From the NCBI GenBank assembly GCA_049968235.1, contig JBMFRC010000010.1, positions 1 to 64,000 on the forward strand: a stretch of 64,000 bases of DNA, in the 5' to 3' direction. The notes under the pieces were generated by a model. That model ran no database searches. It was not told where the DNA came from and saw only the letters and a program-made list of their open reading frames with translations. Positions 31,752 to 42,514 of the stretch are shown one piece after another. The translations under genes were made by a program, and so were the position numbers. The DNA is from Candidatus Hydrogenedens sp. GTDB taxonomy: Bacteria; Hydrogenedentota; Hydrogenedentia; Hydrogenedentales; Hydrogenedentaceae. How positions within the stretch are numbered: position 1 is the first letter of the stretch; each line of letters begins with the position of its first letter.

Positions 31752-32030
31752 ATGCATAATAATCGAACAGAAAAAATGATTAAAGTTGTTAATTCATTAG
31801 GTGTTCATGCACGTCCCGCTGCAATGATAGTGCGAGCCATGCAGAAATACGATGCTCATATATATCTTATTTTTAATGGAAATCGTCGTAATGCCAAAAG
31901 TGTATTGCAAATATTAAGTTTAGGTGTACCCAAAGATGCAGAAATTTTAGCAGTTGCGGAAGGGAAAGATGCATATCCGGCATTACAAGAACTGGAAGAG
32001 ATATTTGAAAGTGGGTTCGGAGAAGAATAA
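31752..32030 (+). CDS. ptsH: Phosphocarrier protein HPr
   Basis: GVHARPAAMIV contains the active-site His. The regulatory Ser region (NAKSVLQILSLG) is consistent with HprK-targeted HPr. An alternative start lies at 31776 (MIKVV). Confidence 0.8.
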   Translation: MHNNRTEKMIKVVNSLGVHARPAAMIVRAMQKYDAHIYLIFNGNRRNAKSVLQILSLGVPKDAEILAVAEGKDAYPALQELEEIFESGFGEE

Positions 32031-33782
32031 ATGGAAAAGATTTATCATGGAATACCTGTATCCCCTGGCATTGTTTGGGGTGAAGCTCTTGTATATGACC
32101 CGGGAGTTATCAATATTCCACGATTCAAAATTAAAAATCCCAGAGAAGAATACAAAAGAGTTCAGTCGGCGATAGATTTAACTAAAGAGGAATTAACGCT
32201 TCTTTACAAAAAGACCCTTGAAAATTCTGGGAACAAGCAAGCGGGTATTTTCGATGTACATTTAATGCTTCTTGAAGATGAAACAATATTAGTAGAATTG
32301 AAAAGGCGAATTCATGAAGAATTATTAAATGCTGAGTCCGTCTTGCATGACATTGCTAAAAAGTATTCGAAGGACATACAATCTACCGGCAATTCATTTA
32401 TCGAAGAACGGTCAGCGGATGTGATTGATGTCATTGACCGGATTATTAGAAATCTTTTAGCACAGAAGCGACCTGACCTTGATAATATTAAGAAACCCTG
32501 TATTCTTTTGTCCGTGGATTTGCCTCCGTCAGAAACTGCGCGCTTGCATCCCGAAAAAATTCGTGCCATAGTTCTTGAGAGAGGTAGTGCTACTTCCCAT
32601 GTAGCGATATTAGCGAGGTCATTAAAAATTCCTACAATTGTTGGTGTAAGTAATCTATTTAACACATATACGAGTGTTATAAAAGGGTCAGCCGTTGATG
32701 CTATTTCAGGCATATTGTATATTAATCCCACTTCTGAAACTATTCTGAAATTACGACAGAAGAAAATTCAACTATCGAGACGATTTTTACAATATGAAAA
32801 GAGAATAATATCTTATCCTTCCCAAACATTAGATGGTAGGCGAATATCTGTTCTTGCGAATATTGAACTTCCCCATGAAGTGGATGATAATGTAAAGCAT
32901 TTATCCGCAGGTATAGGTCTATATAGAACCGAATATTTGTTCTTGAATAAACCGGAGCCTCCCACGGAAGAGGAACAATATAAAGAGTATTTATATGTTG
33001 CAAAAACATTAAATCCCTTACCAGTAATATTAAGAACTATTGATATTGGTGGAGATAAATTAGCAAGTTATACGAATTTTATAAAAGAACAAAATCCACA
33101 ATTGGGTTGTAGAGCAGTTCGTTTTTGTCTTGTTCATAAAGATTTTTTTAAGACACAACTTCGTGCTATGTTGCGTGCTGCGACGATTGGGAATATTAAA
33201 ATCATGTTTCCTATGATTAGTAGCATTGATGAACTTCGTGATGTAAAAAAAATCTTACAAGAAGTAAAAGACGAATTGACCTCGGAGAAAATTCCTTTTA
33301 ACAAAGAGCCTGAAATCGGAATTATGATAGAAGTTCCTTCTGCTGTTTTAATAGCAGATGAATTAGCCAAAGAGTGTAATTTTTTCAGCATTGGCACAAA
33401 TGACTTGATACAGTATTCGCTGGCTGTTGATAGAAATAATGAAAATATTGCTCATCTCTACGACCCAACCCATCCTGCAATACTTCGTATGTTGAAAATG
33501 ACCGTTTCTTCCGCTATAAAAGCCAATATATTTTGTAGTATTTGTGGGGAAATGGCAAGCGACCCGTTATTTACAGAGTTTCTTATTGGTTTAGGACTGG
33601 ATAGTTTAAGTATGTCAAGTGTATCTATTCCTCAAATAAGAGCGTTGATAACTAAAATCACATATACGGAGACGACAGAATTTTCGGAAAAAGTATTGAA
33701 ATGTGCTTCTTCCAAGGAGGTTCGGAGTATATTAAAAGAGAGAATTAATACAAAATTTAAAAATATCGTTTCTATAGTTTAA
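32031..33782 (+). CDS. ptsI: Phosphoenolpyruvate--protein phosphotransferase (PTS Enzyme I)
   Basis: Active-site His region GSATSHVAILARSL. PEP-utilising domain (GLYRTEYLF, FFSIGTNDLIQY). 583 aa. Confidence 0.9.
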   Translation: MEKIYHGIPVSPGIVWGEALVYDPGVINIPRFKIKNPREEYKRVQSAIDLTKEELTLLYKKTLENSGNKQAGIFDVHLMLLEDETILVELKRRIHEELLNAESVLHDIAKKYSKDIQSTGNSFIEERSADVIDVIDRIIRNLLAQKRPDLDNIKKPCILLSVDLPPSETARLHPEKIRAIVLERGSATSHVAILARSLKIPTIVGVSNLFNTYTSVIKGSAVDAISGILYINPTSETILKLRQKKIQLSRRFLQYEKRIISYPSQTLDGRRISVLANIELPHEVDDNVKHLSAGIGLYRTEYLFLNKPEPPTEEEQYKEYLYVAKTLNPLPVILRTIDIGGDKLASYTNFIKEQNPQLGCRAVRFCLVHKDFFKTQLRAMLRAATIGNIKIMFPMISSIDELRDVKKILQEVKDELTSEKIPFNKEPEIGIMIEVPSAVLIADELAKECNFFSIGTNDLIQYSLAVDRNNENIAHLYDPTHPAILRMLKMTVSSAIKANIFCSICGEMASDPLFTEFLIGLGLDSLSMSSVSIPQIRALITKITYTETTEFSEKVLKCASSKEVRSILKERINTKFKNIVSIV

Positions 33783-33789
33783 ATGTGTT

Positions 33790-34971
33790 TTGTTTATGCA
33801 ATCTCATCCTATTCAAAAAAAGAAAATAACTATATTAGGCTCTACGGGTTCAATCGGTCGTAGTGCATTAGAAGTTATTCGTTCTTTCCCGGAACAGTTT
33901 CAGGTTGTGGGATTGTCAGCATATTCTAATATAGAATTATTAAAGAAACAGATACGAGAGTTTAACCCACAATACATCACTGTTTTTAATGAAAAGAGTA
34001 TCCATGAACTTCGTGATGAATTTTCTAATTTAGTCATATATTCAGGGATAGAAGGGTTAAAGCAAATTTCCTCTATTAAGGTGAATATTGTTTTGTGTGC
34101 CCTTGTAGGTGCTGTAGGTTTGGAACCATTATTAACGGCTATAGAGAGTGAAAATGATGTTGCTCTTGCGAATAAAGAACCTTTAGTAATGGCAGGGGGA
34201 TTGATAACTCAAAAGGCAAATAGTACCTCCGTAAAACTTATTCCGGTAGATAGTGAACATAGTGCTATATTTCAATGTTTAATAGGTCATGATATAAATA
34301 CAGTAGAAAAGATATATTTAACCGCATCCGGAGGACCTTTTTATAATAGGTCAATAAAAGAATTGGAAAATGTAACTCCTGAAGAAGCAATAAAACATCC
34401 CACATGGGACATGGGTAAAAAAATTAGTGTTGATTCCGCAACGTTAATGAATAAGGGATTAGAAATTATTGAGGCGATGTGGTTGTTTGGATTGAGAGAA
34501 GATAAAATTGATGTGGTGATACACCCGCAGAGTGTTATCCATGGACTTGTAGAATTTTCAGATGGGAATATGCTTGCACATATGGGTCCTACGGACATGA
34601 AAGTACCTATTTTATTTTCTTTTACATATCCAGAAAGGGCGTTAAAACCCCTTAAAAGGATTAACATAAAGGAACTGTCTGATTTAAGTTTCGATTACCC
34701 TGATGAAAGAAAATTCCCTTGCTTAAAATTAGCAAGAACCGTTGCTAAAAAAGGGGGATTGCACCCCACTGTTTTAAATGCATCTAATGAAGTAGCGGTT
34801 CAGGCTTTTTGCGAAGGAAAAATCCGTTTTACGGATATATATAGAATTGTAGATAAAACACTTGAAGAACATTCATATACGAATTGTAAAGATTATACTT
34901 TAGAGATAATATTAAACATTGACCGGGAAGTAAGAAAAAAATCACTTGAAATAATCAAAAAATTAACATAA
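33790..34971 (+). CDS. dxr: 1-deoxy-D-xylulose 5-phosphate reductoisomerase
   Basis: ITILGSTGSIG NADPH-binding N-terminus, LANKE, and the SEHSAIFQC catalytic block. Confidence 0.9.
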   Translation: MFMQSHPIQKKKITILGSTGSIGRSALEVIRSFPEQFQVVGLSAYSNIELLKKQIREFNPQYITVFNEKSIHELRDEFSNLVIYSGIEGLKQISSIKVNIVLCALVGAVGLEPLLTAIESENDVALANKEPLVMAGGLITQKANSTSVKLIPVDSEHSAIFQCLIGHDINTVEKIYLTASGGPFYNRSIKELENVTPEEAIKHPTWDMGKKISVDSATLMNKGLEIIEAMWLFGLREDKIDVVIHPQSVIHGLVEFSDGNMLAHMGPTDMKVPILFSFTYPERALKPLKRINIKELSDLSFDYPDERKFPCLKLARTVAKKGGLHPTVLNASNEVAVQAFCEGKIRFTDIYRIVDKTLEEHSYTNCKDYTLEIILNIDREVRKKSLEIIKKLT

Positions 34972-34986
34972 AGATAGGAAGATATA

Positions 34987-36684
34987 ATGCTGTTCAGTAT
35001 ACTTGTTTTTATAGTTGTTTTGAGTATCTTAATTTTTGTTCATGAATTGGGTCATTTTGTATCTGCTAAACTTTGCAATATATATGTGGACCAATTTAGT
35101 ATTGGTATGCCACCACGGTTAGTTGGTATAAAAATAGGAGAAACAGATTATTGTATTGGTGCTTTGCCTATAGGTGGATATGTAAAAATGGCGGGTCAGG
35201 AAGATGTCCCCTTAGATGAAAAAGAGCGAGAAGAAACTTATGGACATGTTCCACAAGAACGTTGGTTCAAGTTCCGTCCTCTCTGGCAAAGATACATAGT
35301 TATTATTAGCGGACCTTTTATGAATTTTGTTCTCGCTATTATTATTTATATCATTCTTGTTTCTAAAGGAACCTTAATGCCTGAAATGGAAGTGGATTCA
35401 AAGATAGGTAAGGTTGAGGAAAATAGTCCTGCTTTTCATGCTCCACTTTTTTTATATGATGAGATGAGAAATGATAGAAAGGAATACACAGGAAACCCTG
35501 AAGAAACAGGTTGGAAAACAGGAGACCGTATTCTCTCTATTAATGGGAATACTGTAAGGAAATTTAGTGATTTATTTGTAAATGCTACATTGGGAGGTTT
35601 TTCCGATGAACACAAAGTAATCCTTGAAAGAGAATATGTTGATGGGACAATTAAAAAATATATATCTTTTATAAAGCCTGAAATTATAGAAGGAAGTGAA
35701 CTTCCTCGTTATGGCGTAGCTCCTTTCTATTCTGCATTATTAAAGGAAGTAATCAAAGATATGCCTGCCGAAGAGGCTGGTCTAAAGGAAGGAGATATAA
35801 TTTTTTCTGCGAATGGGATTTTAGTTGACCGTACCACTTTTGTTGAACTTACAGAAAAAGCACCTGCCAATCAACCTATCTCCCTTATAATCATTAGAGA
35901 TGGAAAAAAGCAAAATATTCAGGTTGTGCCTGTGACGGTAGGTAGATTGCGGGGAATTAGTCTGTTAGAAACATCCGGTTCCCGAGACGATAGGAAAGGG
36001 TTAGTTGTTGTAGATATAGAATTGGAAATGCAAAAGAAGACAGGTTTGCGGAGAAAAGATATTATCACTAAAATTAATGGGGAATATTTTTCTATTGACA
36101 AACTCCATCAATTTGAGAGAGAACATGCAGGAGAAACCATTGAATTAGAAGTGTATCGACCACCGGTAATATTTGGACTCCTTGAAAAGTCGTCTACATT
36201 AAAGTTAAAGGTTACATTAGACCCGGTACAAGCAATAGGAGTAGCCTTAGGAGAAAAATTGGTAAAGGTAGATTATCCTGTTTCGCAATGGTTGCCTGAA
36301 GCATTTAAACGAAGTTATGATGATTTAAAGCAGACGATTCTTGTCTTAAAGGGCTTAATCGTAGGTGCGGTTAGTCCTAAAGTTTTGGGAGGTCCTATCA
36401 TGATTTTTGATGCTACTTCTAAAGCGGCTAATATGGGCATAGATTGGTTATTAGGTCTAATGGCTCTGGTAAGTGTAAATCTTGCTGTTGTAAATCTGTT
36501 GCCTATACCGATTCTTGATGGTAGCCTTGTCTTCATATTAACTATTGAATCTATAATGAAAAGACCATTGAGCCCTAAAATACAAGAGCGAATACAACAA
36601 ATAGGTTTTGTTATAATAATATTACTTCTCCTATTGGTTAGTTGGAATGATATAAGACGAATTATAAGTGATATTATTCCCTAA
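34987..36684 (+). CDS. rseP: RIP metalloprotease RseP (site-2 protease, zinc)
   Basis: HELGHF zinc-binding motif in the first TM helix, PDZ domains, and the C-terminal LLPIPILDGS (LDG) motif. The dxr-rseP adjacency is widely conserved. Confidence 0.8.
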   Translation: MLFSILVFIVVLSILIFVHELGHFVSAKLCNIYVDQFSIGMPPRLVGIKIGETDYCIGALPIGGYVKMAGQEDVPLDEKEREETYGHVPQERWFKFRPLWQRYIVIISGPFMNFVLAIIIYIILVSKGTLMPEMEVDSKIGKVEENSPAFHAPLFLYDEMRNDRKEYTGNPEETGWKTGDRILSINGNTVRKFSDLFVNATLGGFSDEHKVILEREYVDGTIKKYISFIKPEIIEGSELPRYGVAPFYSALLKEVIKDMPAEEAGLKEGDIIFSANGILVDRTTFVELTEKAPANQPISLIIIRDGKKQNIQVVPVTVGRLRGISLLETSGSRDDRKGLVVVDIELEMQKKTGLRRKDIITKINGEYFSIDKLHQFEREHAGETIELEVYRPPVIFGLLEKSSTLKLKVTLDPVQAIGVALGEKLVKVDYPVSQWLPEAFKRSYDDLKQTILVLKGLIVGAVSPKVLGGPIMIFDATSKAANMGIDWLLGLMALVSVNLAVVNLLPIPILDGSLVFILTIESIMKRPLSPKIQERIQQIGFVIIILLLLLVSWNDIRRIISDIIP

Positions 36685-36720
36685 TTGTAATAACCATAAC
36701 TAAAAATAAAAGGAATAAGA

Positions 36721-38031
36721 ATGGGTGCAATTACATGTAAATTTGGTGGAACTTCACTTGCCGATGCTAATTGTATTAAAAAAGTAAAAGAGATAATACT
36801 TTCATCGAGTAATCGTAGATTTATTGTTCCTTCGGCTCCAGGTAAAAGGGATTCTAAAGATAAAAAAATTACAGACCTTTTATATCTCTGGTATGAAATT
36901 GCACGCGAAGGTTTGGATGCATCTGAACCTGAAAGAATTATCAGAGAGCGTTTTAATACGATTGTATCAGAACTTTCCTTATCTATTGATATAAATAAAG
37001 AAATAGATGAAATATCTAAAAATGCAGGTGTTTTTAAGTCACCCGATTATATGGCTTCAAGGGGAGAATATCTAAATGGGAGAATTATTGCAGAATATTT
37101 AGGGGCAACATTTATAGACCCTGCTAAATGTATATTTTTTAATGAATCAGGCTTTTTGGATACAAGAACATATAATATATTAGGGGAACAATTGCAGGGG
37201 TCAGGACTTTTTGTAGTCCCTGGTTTTTATGGTTCAATGCCGGATGGTAACATAAAAACATTTCCGAGAGGTGGTAGTGATATAACGGGTGCTATTGTAG
37301 CCCGTGCCAGTAAATCTATACTTTATGAGAATTGGACGGATGTTAATGGTTTCCGTATGGCTGACCCTAAAATCGTTCCTGATGCAAAAAGGATAGAGGA
37401 AATAACTTATCAGGAATTGCGAGAACTTTCCTATATGGGAGCAACGGTTTTACATGATGAATCTATTTATCCTGTTCTTGAAATGGGAATCCCCATACAT
37501 ATTAAGAATACACATGAACCTGAGAATCCGGGAACTATGATTGTTAAAAGTAGAGTGCCTAAAGGTCCGGTGTGTGGGATTGCGGGATTAGGTGGATTTA
37601 GTATGATTAATATTGAGAAAACCTTTATGAACAAAGAAAGAGGTTTTGGTCTAAAGGTTTTGTCCGTTCTTGATGAATTTGATGTTCGTTGGGAACATAT
37701 GCCTACCGGTATTGACACAATGTCTGTAATCATCCGTAATAATGAATTAGGAAATAAGGGACAACTAATTGTAGATGCCATTAAGAAAAGATGTAATACA
37801 GATGAGGTAAACATTACAAAAGGTCTTGCAATGATTGCTACTGTAGGGTTGGGAATGAATCATCATATTGGCGTTGCAGCAAGATTATGTTCTGCACTTG
37901 CCCAAGCACAGGTAAATATTCGAGTTATTGACCAGGGGTCATCAGAAATGAATATCCTTATAGGCGTAGATGAATCTGATTTAAATAAATCTATCAAATC
38001 TATTTATGATGCCTTTGAAGACTGGGTGTAA
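36721..38031 (+). CDS. lysC: Aspartate kinase (amino-acid kinase family with C-terminal ACT domains)
   Basis: The N-terminal KFGGTSLAD matches the aspartokinase nucleotide-binding motif. The C-terminus has tandem ACT-like segments. Confidence 0.65.
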   Translation: MGAITCKFGGTSLADANCIKKVKEIILSSSNRRFIVPSAPGKRDSKDKKITDLLYLWYEIAREGLDASEPERIIRERFNTIVSELSLSIDINKEIDEISKNAGVFKSPDYMASRGEYLNGRIIAEYLGATFIDPAKCIFFNESGFLDTRTYNILGEQLQGSGLFVVPGFYGSMPDGNIKTFPRGGSDITGAIVARASKSILYENWTDVNGFRMADPKIVPDAKRIEEITYQELRELSYMGATVLHDESIYPVLEMGIPIHIKNTHEPENPGTMIVKSRVPKGPVCGIAGLGGFSMINIEKTFMNKERGFGLKVLSVLDEFDVRWEHMPTGIDTMSVIIRNNELGNKGQLIVDAIKKRCNTDEVNITKGLAMIATVGLGMNHHIGVAARLCSALAQAQVNIRVIDQGSSEMNILIGVDESDLNKSIKSIYDAFEDWV

Positions 38032-38091
38032 ATAGACCTGTATACATTATATTTCCCTTTAATAAAATCTAACTGAAAAGGCTTTTTATTT

Positions 38092-39546
38092 ATGCGTGGA
38101 ACTAAAATTATTTGTACTATGGGTCCGGCTACAAATGATGAAACTATTATTAAATCCCTTATCAATGCAGGTATGGATGTAGCACGTTTAAATCTTTCCC
38201 ATGGGACACATGACTATCATAAAGAAATGTATACGAAAATTCGTTCCGTCGCTAAAGAAACAGGGAAAGATATTGCCGTTTTATTTGATTTGCAAGGTCC
38301 TAAAATTAGGACGGGGTTTTTAGAAAATCACCAACCCATAGAATTAATTCGTGGCGAACATATTATTATTACATCAGAGCAAATTATTGGAAATACAAAG
38401 ATTATTTCCACAGATTATTCTCTTTTACCGGAAGAAGTAAAACCAGGGAATCGAATACTCTTAGCCGATGGTACCTTAGAACTTAGGGTAATTGAATCTC
38501 GCCCTCCAGAGATTGATTGCGAGATTATAAGAGGAGGTATATTGGGCGAAAGGAAAGGGATGAATTTACCTGAAATACCTATCAAACTTCCATCATTAAC
38601 AGAAAAAGATTGGGATGACCTTGATTTTGGAATTAGTTTAGGTGCGGATTATTTTGCTTTATCCTTTGTTCGTACACCGGAGGATGTTACACAGGTCAAA
38701 AAGCGATTACAGGATAAAAACAGTATTGCGAAAGTTGTTGCAAAAATAGAACGTCCCGAAGCACTACGATGTATTAATAGTATTATAGAGGTATCGGATG
38801 CATTACTAATTGCACGAGGAGACCTTGCCGTAGAGACAATACTTGAAGAAGTACCATTAGTACAAAAAAGAATTATTCGTAAATGTAATCTTGCAGGAAT
38901 TCCGGTTATCACAGCGACACAAATGCTGGAATCTATGACAGAACATCCTATACCTACGCGTGCGGAGATGTCTGATGTTGCAAATGCAGTTCTTGATGGA
39001 ACCGATGCAGTTATGTTGTCTGCGGAAACAGCGACAGGTAAAAATCCCATATCGGCTGTTGAAGTAATGGATAAAATAATTCGTTGTGTAGAGAAAGACC
39101 AGAGTTATTTCGAATGTCCTTTTGATGAGATGTGTAAATCTCCATTGTTGAAGCAAGACAATAAAGAATTTCACAGTAAGATTGAAGATACTGCTATAGC
39201 CTCAGGTAAAGCGGTAAAACAATTAGTAATGGCCCTAAATACAAAGGCAATTGCCTGCTTTACCTATTCAGGATATTCTGCAATGGCAATTTCTAATTCG
39301 CGACCTAAGGTTCCTATTTATGCTTTAACTCCTAATGAAAGTGTAGCAAGACAATGCTCTCTATTTTGGGGTGTTCAGGCAATAAAACTTCCTGAAGTGC
39401 AATCTATTGAAGACATGCTTCTTACCGTTGAAAAAACTCTAATAACAAAGAAATTAGTTAAACGAGGTGATATGGTAATAATTGTAGCAGGCTATCCTTT
39501 GTCAGTTGCATGTCCTACAAATCTTATAAAGGTGCATGTTATTTAA
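38092..39546 (+). CDS. pyk: Pyruvate kinase
   Basis: MRGTKIICTMGPA, ARLNLSHG, and the MLSAETA/TGKNP active-site regions. 484 aa. Confidence 0.9.
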   Translation: MRGTKIICTMGPATNDETIIKSLINAGMDVARLNLSHGTHDYHKEMYTKIRSVAKETGKDIAVLFDLQGPKIRTGFLENHQPIELIRGEHIIITSEQIIGNTKIISTDYSLLPEEVKPGNRILLADGTLELRVIESRPPEIDCEIIRGGILGERKGMNLPEIPIKLPSLTEKDWDDLDFGISLGADYFALSFVRTPEDVTQVKKRLQDKNSIAKVVAKIERPEALRCINSIIEVSDALLIARGDLAVETILEEVPLVQKRIIRKCNLAGIPVITATQMLESMTEHPIPTRAEMSDVANAVLDGTDAVMLSAETATGKNPISAVEVMDKIIRCVEKDQSYFECPFDEMCKSPLLKQDNKEFHSKIEDTAIASGKAVKQLVMALNTKAIACFTYSGYSAMAISNSRPKVPIYALTPNESVARQCSLFWGVQAIKLPEVQSIEDMLLTVEKTLITKKLVKRGDMVIIVAGYPLSVACPTNLIKVHVI

Positions 39547-39555
39547 TGGGACTTT

Positions 39556-40299
39556 ATGAATAGACAGGAATGGTATATATCTGCCTTTGAAGAATGGTAT
39601 CCAATTATTTACCAACATAGAGATGCAAAAGAAGCCCGGAAACAGGTCACGTTTGCGTATTCAGAATTAAATTTGCATTATAACAGCAAAACTCTGGATT
39701 TATGCTGTGGTTATGGTAGGCATTTAGTTTTTTTGTCTGAGAAAATATCATTTGTAGTGGGTTATGACTTATCATTATACTTGCTAAAAACAGCACAGCG
39801 TCTTTTACCCAATAAAATATCTCTTGTAAGAGGGGATGTGCGATATTTACCTTTTTCTCCTAAAAGTTTTGATGCTGTTTTGAACTTTTTCACAAGTTTT
39901 GGCTATTTTGAGGAAGATAGAGAAAATGTTCGTCAGATAGAACAGGTTTCGTTTGTTTTGAAGAATAAAGGGAAATTCTTATTTGATTATCTAAATTCGA
40001 TACAGGTACAAAAAATAAAAAATGTCATAACAGAGAAAACATATAAGACGTATATAATAAAAGAAAATCGTTGTTATGATGAAAGTAAAAAAGAACTTAG
40101 AAAAGATGTTTCTATTTATTTAAATAATCAACTAAAAAAATTTTATACTGAAAGAGTCAGGGTATATAGCCTTGAAGAAATATTAAAAATGTTCTCATCT
40201 CAAAATTTATGCATTCAAAAAATATATGGCAATTACAATAAGGAACCATATACGGAAGAAAGTCCAAGACTTATAATTGTCGGGGAGAAAAATGAATAA
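39556..40299 (+). CDS. Class I SAM-dependent methyltransferase
   Basis: Motif I-like LDLCCGYGRH and motif post-I (VVGYDLS). 247 aa. Substrate unknown. Confidence 0.6.
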   Translation: MNRQEWYISAFEEWYPIIYQHRDAKEARKQVTFAYSELNLHYNSKTLDLCCGYGRHLVFLSEKISFVVGYDLSLYLLKTAQRLLPNKISLVRGDVRYLPFSPKSFDAVLNFFTSFGYFEEDRENVRQIEQVSFVLKNKGKFLFDYLNSIQVQKIKNVITEKTYKTYIIKENRCYDESKKELRKDVSIYLNNQLKKFYTERVRVYSLEEILKMFSSQNLCIQKIYGNYNKEPYTEESPRLIIVGEKNE

Positions 40300-41809
40300 T
40301 CTGTTTCAGGATTTTTTACTATCCAAAAATGAGTTAAGAGAGTTTTTTCCATGGCTACCTGTTGACGGAATAAAAAAAATAAATGATTATATCAATAATA
40401 ACTACAAGTTTATAGAAAAAAAACATATCGCATCACCTGTGATAATAACGGGACAACAACCTGCTGTCTTTGGTGGACCTCTATATACTATTTATAAAAT
40501 AATTACAGTTATTCAATTATCCTCATTGCTACATAATAATTATGGAATTAAAACTCAACCGATTTTCTGGGTTCATTCGTGGGACCACGACTGGGAAGAA
40601 GTCTGTTATACGAATTTTCTTACTTATAACTATGAAATATACCCGTTTAGGTTTAATCCTGATAATAATGAAAAGGGAAAACCTTTATATAAACTAAAAT
40701 TGGACAAAGATTTTATAGAAGCACAAATACCTGAAATTTTCAAGAATGTTAAAGGTTCTGAATTTGCTTCTCGATGGCAGGATTTTCTTCTAAATTCAAT
40801 ATCTTCGTGTGACACTCTTTCGGATTGGTCTGTAAATATTCTAAAACAAATATTCAAAGATGAAAACCTTTGTTGGTTTGAACCCCATAATGCAAAGGAT
40901 TTTAAAATTTTACAGCAGGTCATGGAAATATCTATTGATAATCATTCCTTATTATTTGAACATTTTAATAAAACAACAAGTCTTTTAAAAGAAACAGGTT
41001 ATAAACCTCAGGTGCATAAATTACCTGACAATGCGTTCTTTTTCCTTGAAGAAAATAATTATAGGAGTAGACTTAAATTCCACGATGGCGTTTTTTATTC
41101 TGAAATATCAAAAAGAAAATATGCTGTTTCTGAGATAAAACGTATATTACATTATGAACCGGAACGCTTCTCCCCTAATCTTTTATTAAGGTGTATTTAT
41201 CAACAGATGATTTTTCCCGTAGTAGTTTATGTTGGGGGACCTGCAGAAGTTGCTTATTGGGCTCAGTTAAAAGATTTATTTTTATTTTTTAACTTGCCTA
41301 TGCCGATTGTATATCCTCGCAAGAGGTTAATATTATTACCTTCTAAAATAAAAAAATGGCTTTCAGAATTAAACATAAATGTATATAATTTACCTCAAAT
41401 ATACGATAATATAAAAGATAATAAATCTTTTGTTATATCAGATAGTCTAAATAGTGAGATAGAAAAAACTAAAATAAAGTTTATAGATAATGCGATGTCA
41501 TTCTTTGATAATTTAATTACGATATTTAATGATAAATCTTTAGATAATTACCGCAAAACATATTTATCAAAAATGGAATTTGAGGCACAACGATTGATTG
41601 ATAATTTCACCAAATTACAGAGAAATAAAAATGAGATATTTCAGAAGCATCTTACTCATATATTGAATACAATTTATCCAAATAGTTTAGAACAGGAACG
41701 GTTTTTTTCGCCCTTTTCTTTTATCCCGGAATATAGCCATGATTTTATTAAAATGATAATGAATAAAACAGATGTTATAGATTTTGATATAGGGATTGTA
41801 GAGATATGA
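40292..41809 (+). CDS. bshC: Putative bacillithiol biosynthesis cysteine-adding enzyme BshC-like protein
   Basis: About 505 aa, close to the BshC size range. It sits directly upstream of BshB- and BshA-like genes with overlapping or abutting junctions (ATG at 40292 overlaps the upstream TAA; the 3' end overlaps bshB by 4 nt). The family assignment rests mainly on context and size, not on a motif I can verify by eye. Confidence 0.4.
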   Translation: MNNLFQDFLLSKNELREFFPWLPVDGIKKINDYINNNYKFIEKKHIASPVIITGQQPAVFGGPLYTIYKIITVIQLSSLLHNNYGIKTQPIFWVHSWDHDWEEVCYTNFLTYNYEIYPFRFNPDNNEKGKPLYKLKLDKDFIEAQIPEIFKNVKGSEFASRWQDFLLNSISSCDTLSDWSVNILKQIFKDENLCWFEPHNAKDFKILQQVMEISIDNHSLLFEHFNKTTSLLKETGYKPQVHKLPDNAFFFLEENNYRSRLKFHDGVFYSEISKRKYAVSEIKRILHYEPERFSPNLLLRCIYQQMIFPVVVYVGGPAEVAYWAQLKDLFLFFNLPMPIVYPRKRLILLPSKIKKWLSELNINVYNLPQIYDNIKDNKSFVISDSLNSEIEKTKIKFIDNAMSFFDNLITIFNDKSLDNYRKTYLSKMEFEAQRLIDNFTKLQRNKNEIFQKHLTHILNTIYPNSLEQERFFSPFSFIPEYSHDFIKMIMNKTDVIDFDIGIVEI

Positions 41810-42513
41810 ATGATATAGATATTTTAGCATTCGGAGCCCACCCGGACGATGTTGAATTGGGGATTGGAGGAATTTTAGCAAAATGTGTCCAGAATGGTTT
41901 AAAAGTGGGTATTATTGATTTAACACGGGGAGAAATGAGTTCTCGTGGAACAGTTGAAGAAAGAAGATTAGAGGCAGAAGAAGCAGGAAAAATAATTGGA
42001 ATATCTTTAAGAGATAATCTTTATCTAAAAGATTCAGAGGTTCAGAATGTTCCTGAACAAAGATTGCCTGTTATTTCTACTATCAGGAAATATCGTCCCA
42101 AAATTATTTTTGCTACTATGAATGAAGATAAACATCCTGACCATCACAATGCCCATTTTTTAATAAAAGAATCTAATTATTTTTCAGGCTTATTCAAAAT
42201 CAAAACAGAATACGAACCTTATCGTTGTCCAACATTACTTTTTTACTACCCCTATTATGAAGTCCGGTCTCCTAATTTTATTGTTGATATTTCAGAGTAT
42301 TATGATAGGAAAATAAATGCTTTAAAAGCACATCGCTCACAATTTTTTAATCCTGGATATTCAGGAAATAAAACTTTTATTTCTTCCGAGAGATTCTGGC
42401 ATAGTATTCGGGACCGATGTGCGTATTGGGGAAGTAGAATTAATGTGTCTTATGCTGAAACGATTTTTAGTATAGAACCTGTAAATTTATCATCACTTAA
42501 AATAATTATTTGA
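41806..42513 (+). CDS. bshB: PIG-L/LmbE-family N-acetylglucosaminyl deacetylase, BshB-like (GlcNAc-malate deacetylase)
   Basis: N-terminal DILAFGAHPDDVELGIGG is the PIG-L/LmbE zinc-site motif and closely resembles the BshB1 N-terminus. The downstream HPDH motif is present. 235 aa. Confidence 0.7.
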   Translation: MNDIDILAFGAHPDDVELGIGGILAKCVQNGLKVGIIDLTRGEMSSRGTVEERRLEAEEAGKIIGISLRDNLYLKDSEVQNVPEQRLPVISTIRKYRPKIIFATMNEDKHPDHHNAHFLIKESNYFSGLFKIKTEYEPYRCPTLLFYYPYYEVRSPNFIVDISEYYDRKINALKAHRSQFFNPGYSGNKTFISSERFWHSIRDRCAYWGSRINVSYAETIFSIEPVNLSSLKIII

Positions 42514-42514
42514 C

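Noticed and set aside
38649-39174. Two minus-strand ORFs (133 and 105 aa) inside pyk, and similar antisense ORFs inside oppB (52007-52459), ileS, ptsI, gspF and others
   Set aside because: They are embedded in strongly supported genes on the opposite strand. They have no independent motifs or RBS and are typical shadow ORFs.
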